NCBI GenBank assembly: GCA_021613535.1
Contig: CP075497.1
Span: 9,114,001 to 9,178,000 of the forward strand
Origin: Adineta vaga
Taxonomy: Eukaryota > Animalia > Rotifera
Length of the DNA stretch: 64,000 nt
Reading direction: 5' to 3'
Shown: positions 13,401 to 25,100 of the stretch, one piece after another
Layout of the letters: every line of letters begins with the position of its first letter
Numbering within the stretch: position 1 is the first letter of the stretch
Program-made: the position numbers and the translations under genes
Notes under the pieces: generated by a model
Told to the model about the DNA's origin: nothing
What the model saw: only the letters and a program-made list of their open reading frames with translations
Database searches by the model: none

Positions 13401-16400
13401 GTTATACAAAAGTTTTTTTTTCGCAGAATTATTCGTGAGTAATCAAAAAATTCAGATCAATCTCATTTTTTATGAAGAACTAATTTCTTCAAAGTGTTTT
13501 TTATCTTCAACTTCTGTATTGCTTGATATTTGTGTATGTAAAGAATCTTGTGAAGGATTTGGTTGAGTAATTGAATAGATTTCCATTGGATCTTTATCAT
13601 TTATAACTATATTTCTTCGATCAGAAACTTTTGTACAACATGTTTGAGCATCACATTTATCATCTTCACATCGCAGTAAACAATCACCAGCTATTGTCTT
13701 AGATTCATCGGGTTCGTCTAGTTTAGTTGTTGTTCTTCGTCGATTATTTGCTGTTATCATTTCATCATCGAATTCATATTGAATTGTAACTGAATGTATG
13801 CCTAGTGTATGAAAGAATTTCTTCACTTTATCAGCAACTAACATATAGTTAGATAGATTGAATCGACTTAAATGTGCACTAGCAATAATCTTTTCATTAG
13901 TTAAACGCCAAATATGTAATTCATGAATACCGTAAATTTCAGGAACGTTGGTTAATAGTTGAGATTTAATCTGTTCGATTTCGAGATGTTTTGGAATTGT
14001 TTGAAGAAGAATATAAGTTGTATCACGAAAGAGTGGAAGAGCTGATATTGTAATGATAATAACAATAAGAACTGATAGCGTTGGATCTATATAAATTGTC
14101 CAATGTTTAGTATTTGCGGGATCATGTGGAACAAATTTAATTAATAGAGCACTAATGATAACAACGACTGAGCCGAGAGCATCAGCTAATACATGGAGAA
14201 ATACTCCATGCATGTTCATTGATGCTTTCTTTTTTGGTTTCGTTGTTTTTTCATCTGCCATTTCAATCACTGTATCCGAGTTTTCATGAAGTTCTTGTGC
14301 ACGTTCAGCAATAGTCTAAATTTCATTAAAATGATAAAAACAAATATTTATATTCTCTGCAAAATCATCTTACTTCTTGCAATGCTCTTGTGCTATGTCT
14401 TTGAAATTTATTCGATGATAAACTATGTACACTTATATCATCCATTGCGACATTGGTTTTACCTGCTTCTTCTTCGGTATGATTATGTGAATGCCCATGT
14501 GACTTATGTTCATGTGAATGTCCATGAGACATACCACCATGTGAGTGTCCATGAAATCCTTGGAACAAGAAAAGACCGATAATATTAATTCCTAATCCAA
14601 TTGAACCAACGATTAATAAAAGATTAACATTTTCAATTGATTCAGGTTCAACGAAACGTTTAATAGCATCGAATACGATAGTTAAACAAAGAGCCAAAAG
14701 AAAAACTGTATTGATATTCGCACCGACGACTTCGGCACGTACCCACCCATAGGTATTCATATCTGATTGACGTCGAGAGATTCGAACTGCTACTACAGCG
14801 ATGACTAATGAAATAACATCGGACAACATATGAAATGCATCAGCAACTAATGCAACAGAATTTGTTATATTGCCAACAACAAGTTCAACAACAAAATATC
14901 CAAATGTTAATGAAAGCATTGCTATTAAACGAAAGGTTTTTGTTCGTAAAACTCGACGTTTAGAACGTTGAATGTGTAGAGATGTTGCATCTTCAGCTGC
15001 CATTCTTGGAAATTTTGTTTTTGTAAAATAATATTTTTTCGTATCTAAAATATAATTATATGTATATGACGACAGGTAATGAGAGGCACCTAACTCAGGT
15101 TCTATATACGAATAAACATATACACCCAAATTATGGCTATCAATGAAGAAATATATACAGTGTAATAGGTCCGAGGGGGGGTGGGTAGGATGAGGGGGGC
15201 ACAGAATACTTCTCTCTCAAGTGTTTTATCGTTTCACAACTTTGTCAGAAATACGCATATATGATTAATGAAATAGATCAATCAGTCGAAGAAACAGACA
15301 CAGTTTGACTAAATTTCGTTCGATTCGGTGTATTAATTTTTAACTGTACAAATGAAATTGATTTCTATTTATATTGAATATGCAATACCTTTACCATTAC
15401 GTTTTTAAAAATGACGTCAGTTTTACCCGTAATAAGGAAAAATAATGTAGCTTTAAAATACATAAAGATTATTCAGTGCTCTTTTGATTCATTTTTAAGT
15501 AAATGTTAACACATAAAAAAAGAGCAACCACCCTGTAAATGTTATTGATTTTCTTTTTCTTTTTAGTCATTAGTATTTACATGTCAACATTTACGGCTGA
15601 TTGATAGTGGTCAACATTCGAATTTAAGTGCCAGTTTCTATTTATGTTTAGCCGAATTATGTGCAACATTAAAAGTTTATTCTGTGGCAGAATTACCATC
15701 GTTTATGCCACATGTCTTACAAACATATGAATCAGATAATATCTTCAAGTATGTAAATAAAAAGACAATTCTTTTTACATCTTTTCGAAAACGAAACGTT
15801 ATTTATTTTGTTGAATCGAATGTATCATAAGTGAGATATTGTGATAAGAAATAAAAATCATACACAGCACCCCTCTTCTTCCCATTACTGACACCCCCCG
15901 ATAGTTATCCGACCACAACGAAAACACTTATTTTCTTTTCTGACACATCGATAACATTATTTCTATGATTATTTTTAGAAATGAATTACTTCTAACAAGT
16001 GTTACTGCATGTTTATCAAAATTAGTTCGAACATTATGCAATTACCTGACTCCATATCTTCCATCTATTATTAAACGAGTAAGCGAACGTTCAAAAACAA
16101 AACTCTTATTTGTTTTCCTTTTGTATAGACATGTACTTTATTAACACATTCATCCACGCAAAATGACCAACGTTTACGTACAATGTGGTCGCATTTAGCT
16201 ATTCATGTTCCACATCGTCTTCTATTTCCAATTTTATACGATGTGATTGATAAAAATGAATTTCAATTAAATGATCTCGAACCCTTAATGGCATTATTAA
16301 AACAATCTCTTTCGATTGCAACACTAGATGATTTAAGTAATAATTATACATTATTAAAACAATTATTTCTCAAATTATTTACATTACGAACAATACATAC

Positions 16401-17391
16401 GAAAAAAATGTCACCAAATCAAATGAATGTATACGAAGATCATATATTTGATTGTTTTGCAGAATTAGTTATGCGTTTATCCGAAGAAACATTTCGACCA
16501 TTGTTCTATACAATCTATGAATGGGCAGTGTATAATGAACCTCCACCAGAATATACATTAACATTCTATCGATTGACATTCATGTAAGATATTGATCTTT
16601 TTTTCAAATCTTTGTTCTTTGAAATCTATTTATTAGATTATCGAAGAAATTAAAAGGTTTATTTACATTATTTGCTGCACATATAATTCAACATTCAGCA
16701 AATATTCTCAATCAATTAAATTCATCGAAAAAGGGCGAAGAAACAACGAATGAATTTAAAATTAATTTTCGAAAGAAATATGTTGAAGAAAATCAAATCG
16801 AATTAATCAATGGAATTTTAGGTACAATATCAAATTTATGTTTATTTGATAGTGTGGGATTTATTACTGATGAACGTTTTCAAAATCTTATGATGCCAGT
16901 TGTTGATCAAGTAAATCTACGAATCTTTTTTTTTTATTACGTATAAAATACAATCTTTTTCTTTTCAGTTAAATAATTTCACGTCGAATGAAAATTATTC
17001 TCAATGGATTCAACAATATGTTTCACCATGTATTGTTAATTTAACATCAGCAACGAAAGAAGAAGCATTGTGGCGTCAAATACATTATCAAATTCTATTA
17101 AAAACAAGATCAGATCTTTCGAAAACTCGTCTAGCAACTTTGAATGTTCTTCAGGAACTTTCAAGAAAATTAGGAATGAATTATCAAGGTCTTTTACCAG
17201 AAGCTATTCCATTCATGGCAGAATTAATGGAAGGTATAGGATAAAATTTTGTTTCGTAATCGAGAAATTTCATTTTGTTTTTGTTTTCGTTCAAAGATGC
17301 AAATGATGAAGTCGAGAAAACATGTCATCGTGTTATTATTGATATGGAATCGACTTTAGGTGAATCTTTACAAGATTATTTCAATAATTAA
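7412..17391 (+). CDS. HEATR1: HEAT repeat-containing protein 1 (UTP10/BAP28), SSU processome component; multi-exon
   Basis: N-terminus MTSLKLQL...RASFLYDPKEA and FLIRLSPYFLLSPAHKALEWLVHRF...ILPYHE (UTP10 N-domain); HIPAHRR; C-terminal BP28CT region LVMRLSEETFRPLF, LLPEAIPFMAELMED...EVEK...LGESLQDYF. Stop TAA 17389-17391. Confidence 0.95.
13470..15003 (-). CDS. SLC30A1: Cation diffusion facilitator zinc exporter, ZnT1/SLC30A1 (cdf-1)-like, nested antisense in HEATR1 intron 13397-15566
   Basis: ATG 15003 (MAAEDATS) and one 58-nt intron (14373-14316) join the two ORFs in frame. Site-A motifs DAFHMLSD and HVLAD, YGWVRAEVVGA, His-rich loop HGHSHGGMSHGHSHEHKSHGHSHNH, C-domain HELHIW...GIHSVTIQYE, Cys-rich tail CLLRC...CDAQTCC. 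Confidence 0.92.
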
Positions 17392-18267
17392 AACAGTGAT
17401 AAAAACATTGTTTTAAACGGTTTTTTTTCTTCTTCTCTTTGTTACTGGTTGTTTTGTTTTTTCTGTTTTGAAATAAAACAAATCCCTAGCTGGTTTTTGT
17501 TATGGAACATCGTTAATAGAAATAAAATATCGTTTCTGATAAGAACGAAATACATGATTGACATATATATATATGTAACTTTACAAAATCACATGGAATC
17601 GATGCTTCTATCCTTTGAAATGTTATTTCTTCAGAAGAGGATATTTTACTAAATAAATATAAATGATTCGATTATATTTGAATGTATTAATATAGTAATA
17701 GGATATCATAGTTAAAAATTCATAGGATTCATTTTTCTTTCTTTCTTTCATCTGACGTTCAGTTTGTAGAGTTTATTAACAATGATTTAAATTCATCGAA
17801 AAATTAATGTGAACAATTCCAGTTTTAATGATACACATTCTCTATTGAATATTTTACTATTACAAATAGTAGACATCATTCTTGATGTCAAATTTCAAGA
17901 CGAAAACAACTCTCTCTTTCCTTCCTTGTTAAATGATAATCAGTGAAAGCTAATTAAGATAAATATTATGAACTTCATAATAGCCCTATGATGAAATTGT
18001 TCTTCAATCAAGTTATTCAATGTTTAAAAGGTACTAATTGTTTCCTTTATTCAAGAATTAATCAAACAAGTATTTTTCTATATTATGGAATGTATTCAAT
18101 AGCAAATAGGTACATTTGCTCACTATTCTAATTGTAGAAAAGAAAAGAAAGAAAAAGTTCTTTTACTTCTTTTCTTTCTCTTCACTATGCAAAAATTAAT
18201 AATCAATTCTTTTTATTGATGAAGAATAAATCTTTCTATATGTATACTTTTAACCACAATTTTCTTT

Positions 18268-18290
18268 TCTTCTTCTTCTTCTTCTTCTTT
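18268..18290. repeat. (CTT)n microsatellite upstream of nesprin
   Basis: tcttcttcttcttcttcttcttt. Confidence 0.75.
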
Positions 18291-19100
18291 TTCTTCTTTC
18301 ACCATTGTGAACAACAAAGAGAAAGATAGATGCAACATTAAAAACTGTATGCATACACTTGAATTGTCAAGTGTTTTACCTTTTGTCTTTGTCGCTGGAA
18401 TGTAATAGAAACGAAATTTTCGCTCGCAGCTGGGTTTAATAGAGACAAGTATGTATAATCAAGAGAGTCTTGTACGAAAGATTTGAATTATTAGACAGTT
18501 GAAAAGAAAAAGATAAATTATATCTTTGCGGCTTGTTAGATTTCAATCAGAGATAAATCATATGCACAAATGAGTGAGAAAAGTGCGTGTTATATTTAGA
18601 AAAATCTATGTGTAGGAGATTGAGTCATAGAATTTGCGTGACATTGAAAAAAAGCTGATTACGAACTGTGCATGATTCAATTGACGACGACGAGAAGAGA
18701 AAGTAGAAAGTTCAATAGATTTTACTGGTATTCGTCTACCCTTCGATTTATATTGAATATAAATTTCACCTTGTCTTATAAAAGAAGCCAAATGCTATGT
18801 GTTTCTTTTTTGATCGTAGACAACCCATACACATACAACTTCGAGAGTCAAATTTTCAGACTTTTTTTTTCAATTAGTTGTAAAAAGAAACGAAACGGAA
18901 GACTTCGGTATCGATATGAGTGTTCATTTCTCTTTTTTTTTTAGATGTTTTCACTGATGCACAACAGAATTGCATGTAACAAATGCGTATACATGATTCA
19001 TTCTTCTTTTGTATTGCTCTTCAATAACAGTTTCTTCGTTTCTCATTGTTCTCGTTGAGAAGTAAATGTAGAACATTTTCTTTTTAAGACTAAGAAGAGA

Positions 19101-22100
19101 ATGACTAGTCCAACTCGATCATCTTTTTCACCAACTGCATCTCGATTGACCAGTTTTGTACCTGATATTAGTATGCTAACTTCTCGATCACTATCAAATG
19201 AACATGGTTTGGAAACTAGTATACATTCACTTCAAAGTAAGTCGAATATGTTCAGAAGAAAATGATCTTATATAATATTGTGTTTTTGTTTCATTAGATG
19301 AACAAGAACGTGTACAAAAGAAGACATTTACAAAATGGATTAATATTTACTTATCATTACATGAACCACCGTATTTTATAAAAGATCTTTATGAAGATTT
19401 TAAAGATGGAACTAAACTAATTGCACTTTTAGAAGCTCTTTCTGGACAAACATTAGTATGTAGAAAAAGTTAGATGAGAAGATTTTATAAACTATTGTTA
19501 TTCTATAATTCTAGCCGATGGAACGAGGAAATAAAAGAGCACATTTTATAAGTAACGTTAGCAATGCATTGAAATTTTTAGAAACTCAAAAGGTAATTAT
19601 GAAAAGATTAGCGAAGAAATGTAATGTGTCTTTTTAAAAAGATTAAATTAGTCAATATTCGACCACTTGATATTGTCGATGGAAATCCAACTATTGTGTT
19701 AGGATTAATTTGGACGTTAATTCTATACTTTCAGGTAAAAAAAAAGAAAGTCATTAACAACAGACGAAATCTATTATTAAGTGCACTCCTTGTTCGAGTG
19801 CATACATTTATTACTGGAAAATATTTGTACATTTCAAAATAGAGTAGTCATATTGTAATTCAAATTAACAGTTAAAAAACAACTATAATCCTATTTAGTC
19901 TTTGTTCGCCCTATAAAAATTAATTTTGTGTACAATTAATGATGAAGATAGAACAAGTCGAATGCATATACATTAGAGAAGTTTTTCCGGGCTTATAAGA
20001 AACAATATCATACTTTGTTAGTAGATTTGAATGAATTGTTGGAGTGTTACTTACGAAAGAAGTCGATCGTTGAAATTGATATCGATTCTAAAAACGAAAT
20101 TCAGGTTTTTATATCATTTGTCTGTTTTTTCTAACCGACATATTTTACCAGTTGCTCATTCAGTCTCAATAATTACACAACGTTTATATGCTAGTAGATT
20201 GAACTTGAAGAAACTAAATCAAGCAGTTCTTTGCTACAAACTAAAATTATATAATACTGTCGAGAATTTCGACGATTTTTAATTGAAACTATCTATTTGT
20301 TCATTGATTATTTTTGTTTTAAGATTCAAGAATCTTGTATTCTTGATGACGATTCCAAAGATTCTCGTGTTAAAGTTCGGGATAATTTACTTGAGTGGAT
20401 TCGAAAAAAGATTGCAGAGTAAGTTATTTCACATTTTATTTTCTTTATAATTATATCTAAACTTTAGTTATTCATCATCATCTGAATTACTTCGGTAAAC
20501 AATCGTTTGTTTTCTGATTGAAAAATGTTTTTTCGAACAACAAATTTTCGTGTTGTTTATTTAGAAAAATTGATGGTTTAGATATACGAGATTTTACAAC
20601 AAGTTGGCGTGATGGTCTTGCTTTTAATGTGTTAATTCATGCTATTCGACCAGATTTAATTGATTTTCATCGTGTAAAACGAATGGATGTTCGTGAACGA
20701 TTAGAGAATGCGTTTGATGTTGCTGAGCAACATTTAGGTGTGCCACGGTTGATCGACGCAGAAGGTTAGTCTTTTGTTTGATCTTTATACTATTAAAATA
20801 ATGGAAGTCATATTACGAAAGAAAGTTATAGATGCATTTGTGAGTGATCTCAGTTCATATATGAACAAAAGCGAGGTGAACGAAAAATGAGAGATGAATT
20901 CAAGTTTAATATTATAAAATAAACAACACGTTTGATATTCTTTTGTCTTTTCTTTTTTTTTTATATAGATGTTGATGTAACTAAACCAGACGAGAAATCG
21001 ATTATGACTTATATTGCTCAGTTCTCTCGTCGATTCCCTGACTTGGTATGTATCGATATGTGTTTATTCACTCGAAAGTTTGTTTAAAAACTTTCTCACC
21101 TTCGCGCGTTCTCTCTCTCTCTCTTTCATTCATTTCTCGGTTAGCCTTTCGGATCAATAAACAAAGAACATGGTGAACTTCTTCGTTGGTTAGCAGACAC
21201 TCAACAACGTTTGTCGCAAGTTATTCAAGTACCTATCACAGACATTCAAACTGAATATAAAGTAACTATTCATTCGTTTTTTCTTCTCTGTATGTTTGTC
21301 TTCGTTGTTCATGAAGTGAATGTATAAGAACGATATAAAAGTACGATAATGAATGTCTATATGAAGAAGTAATAGATGAAAAAAGTGCTACCGCATAACA
21401 AACAAACTACCATATATAAACAGCTCGAGAAAAATTTCTTCTTCATCGATTTTCATAGGAGTATGCAAGAGAAGTGAAAGAATTTGATGAAAAGCAAAAG
21501 CAACGCAAGACCTTCGAACGCAAAGAATCCAAATCTCCACATTTTCCCGGTGAAAAATTGAAAGAATTAAAATATTTATTTGACGACATTGCTCATAGGT
21601 AAACGTATAATCAAGACCATTCGATACCGTTTAGAAAAAAAAACGGCACATTATTCTTTCTAGAATGAATCAATGGAAGAATAAATTAGATGCGAATCTT
21701 CCAGGTGATCTTCGACAAATTGCAGAATGGATCAATCGAGCTGAAGAAGTTCTAGCACGTGGTGTCAATATAAATCCAGCTGAATTAACACCTGAAGAAA
21801 ATCTACAACAGTTTACTCAATTCTATCAAGAACATATTGTATGAAAGACTATATCGATATTTTAAGATAAAGTTTCGTTTCTTCTTTTTTTTTTTCTTGT
21901 AGGCGATCTTCACAGATAAAGATGCAACTTCAACGAAATTTCAACGTTTAAAACGTGATCCATCGATTGTGAATAAACAAGTTGCAATAGAACATTTAAC
22001 AAATTTAGATGAACGTTTAAATATTATTATGAATAGTAGTGAAGAACGTGGCCGTTATTTGGATTTTGAACAAACACATTGGAAAATTCAAATCTATTTT

Positions 22101-25100
22101 ATTCAATTAGAACATTTAATGAAATATTTAAACAAAAAACAAGGAGATTATAATCAAACCGAACAATTATTCAATGAATATAAAGTATAAGATAAAGATT
22201 GATTCAAATGGAATTTATCTTTCAACTTTTATTTAGCGAAAAATTCATGAAGAAAAACTTGTTACAATGATCGAAAATCTCGTTGCAGAATTAATTCATA
22301 AAGCACAAAGTTACAGTCAATTAACAAAGAAAGGTAAGAGAAATTTCTTTGTAGTTCATGGATTGATATTGATTTCTTTTACAACAACAACAACAAAAAA
22401 GATGATCGAACAGCAAAAGAATTTCATGCATATTGTGATACTATTCGTAAGACATTAAAAAGTGCAGTTGTGGATTTAAAAACCAAAGAACATTTATTAC
22501 AAGAAACCTTGGATAATTGGAAAATTTATCAGAATTCTTATGAACAGTTGAAAGTCTGGTTAACTGAAGGTGAACAAATTCTTCAAAGATCATTGGAAGA
22601 AAAACTTGTAAGTTGAAATTTCACTTTCATTTTTATCCTTGAATTTATGTCAATATATTTCAATCGGAAGAATAGAAGTGTTCGTAGATTTAAATGATGA
22701 CTGATAAAAAGAAACTAAATATTATCATGACATGTTTTAATCCGAATATTCGAAAGATAGATATTCACATTTTCGAAACTGGCTTTCTGATTGACGTTCG
22801 TTTTTCTTTTTTTTTTTGAAGAAAGTTATTTTAAAATAATTGTTCTTTTTTTCTTTAATCAAAAATGCATTTCTCTTGAGATTCTGTCTGATCACTTTAT
22901 TTAAACAAAATTGATTGTTTTATACTAAATTTAGAAAGAATGAAGAAGATCTCGAGGTCCATTCGTCAATCAAGGACAGACATACTTCAAACTATTAACA
23001 GAGCTCGAAGTCATATTTACTTAAATAATATCTATTTCTTCTTTCGTTAGACCTATTTTGCAAATATTAATCGTTGGAGTCAAACTCATGAAAAACTACA
23101 CAAAGCAATCGAATATCTCATGTCTGTATGTGATAATGAAATAGCTGGAAATTTACGTAATAAACTACTGTTTATCAATCGACGATGGAAAGATGTATAT
23201 GATTCTGTTCAAGAAATTGAACATGATCAAACTAAACAGAAAAAACGAAATGAATTCGATACTGCACGTTCGAATATCTTAGATGCATTAGAAAAAATCA
23301 ATCGAGAATTACAAGATTATCTACCATGTACAATAAAAGCGTTGAAAGAACAAGAAAATCGTCTCTATGTAAGTAGAGAATGGTTCGATCTTTGTGTTTA
23401 TTCAATAAACAAATTCTTTCTTTCTTTTTCTTTAGAAAGTTCAATCTGGAATTGATATGTTCAATGAAAACATTCAAACTTTAGTGAAATTAAGTCAATC
23501 ATTAAAAGAAAATATTTCAGAAAATGATGAAATCAGTATTCATTTACAAATATGTTTTGATAAATTACAACAGATTCAAGAACATTTACCTTTAATATTG
23601 AAACGAAATAAAATGATGCTTGCATATTTACATAAATTCGAAGATGGTTTACCAAAATGTTATCAATGGTTGAATGATGCAAAACAATTAATTAATGGTT
23701 ATTCAATTCAAGTATCAGTCAAACGAGTTGAAGAATTCCTCGACCAACATCGTGTAAGTTTTTCTCTTTTTTTCATTCCTCTGTTTTCTCTTCATTCATT
23801 TCATTATGTTTCAGACGTTCTTTGCGGATATTGGATATTATCAATCATTAATTGAAAGCAAAGCCAAATTGATTATAACAATGAGAAAATCGAATGAAAA
23901 TTTTGTTCCATTAGATTTCTCACCTATCGATGAACAATATCGAAATTTAATTGAAACATTTGAAGTAAATTGAAATTTGACTTTTGTTTTTAATGATTTT
24001 CATTTTATTTTCTTCTAGCAAACGAAACAACAAGTTTCCTATTGGGAAAATCAATTCAATCAACATTCACAATTATGGAAAAATTTTCATCAACGTTTAA
24101 AACATTTACAAGATTGGATTGATCAAGCACAAAATATTGTCAATGAAAAACAAGATAATTTTGATTATCTTATTCGAAAACATAAAGATTTCTTTCAAAT
24201 CATCGATGATGAAATTCTACATGGTTTTACTAAATCAGGACGTGAATTATTACATATACGAGATAAAAATGAACAGAAAGAAATTCAATATTTAATTGAT
24301 ACATTAGAATTAAAATGGAAAACGATCATATGTTATGCACCAATACGTTTCTTACGATTAAAATTTGAACGAATGGAAAATATAATTGTTAAAGAATTAG
24401 AACAAGCTGAAAATGAACTTAATCATGAATTAAAACAATTAGAACATCAACAAGATATAGCAGAACTTTTACAGAGACATAATGAACATTTTCAATTGAA
24501 TAATTTCCATCCGACAATGGAAATACATCTGAAAGATTTATATACATTTGCAAATGATATTCGTACAACAGAACAAAATCAAACATTAGTTAGTCATGAA
24601 AATGAACAGATTAATCAACGAACAATGAAATTGAAGAATTATTGGTTACGTATGCAAGCGAAAATTGATAATGTGAAGGAAAAACTTCAGACATTACCGA
24701 AAAAATGGCAAGAATTTGAAGAAAAGTAAGATGAAAAAAGGTCTTTTGAAGGATATATGAATGTGTTTGATATAGATTTCATCATGTTGAAACATGGATG
24801 ACCACAGTTGAACGATCAATGAATGATACACAGAATATTGAGATACCTTTTGAACAATATAAATTAATTGTCAATAAATTCAAGGTATGTTCTTTGAATA
24901 TAACTATACGATAAAGATGACTTTTATTTATGAATGAAATCATCTGTCATATGAAATATTAACTTTACCTATATTTGTTAGAACGATGCTGAACAAATGA
25001 ATATCATATCTACTTATACCAAATCTTTATCATCACTCTTAAGTGATCTCATTGAAGAACAAGCGACTGATGAACCATTACGTTATCGTCAACGATTAGA

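Noticed and set aside
14286-14582. Plus-strand 98-aa ORF with repetitive VH/VNVH pattern
   Set aside because: Antisense shadow of the ZnT1 His-rich loop.
15004-15129. N-terminal extension of ZnT1 in the ORF track (MGVYVYS...)
   Set aside because: Begins at a non-ATG codon and has UTR-like composition; the first ATG is at 15003.
18420-18600. Muscle enhancer (E-box CAGCTG ~18428, MEF2-like TTATATTTAG 18590-18599)
   Set aside because: Such short or AT-rich matches are expected by chance at this base composition.
19101-21050. Dystrophin, spectraplakin or alpha-actinin identity
   Set aside because: No WW/ZZ, plakin, GAR or EF-hand C-terminus seen; CH signature ([13 protein letters not shown]) and the C-terminal repeat fit nesprin.
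22940-23050. Short [20 protein letters not shown]... as an alternative first exon
   Set aside because: Terminates at the acceptor TAG and has no donor in a compatible phase.
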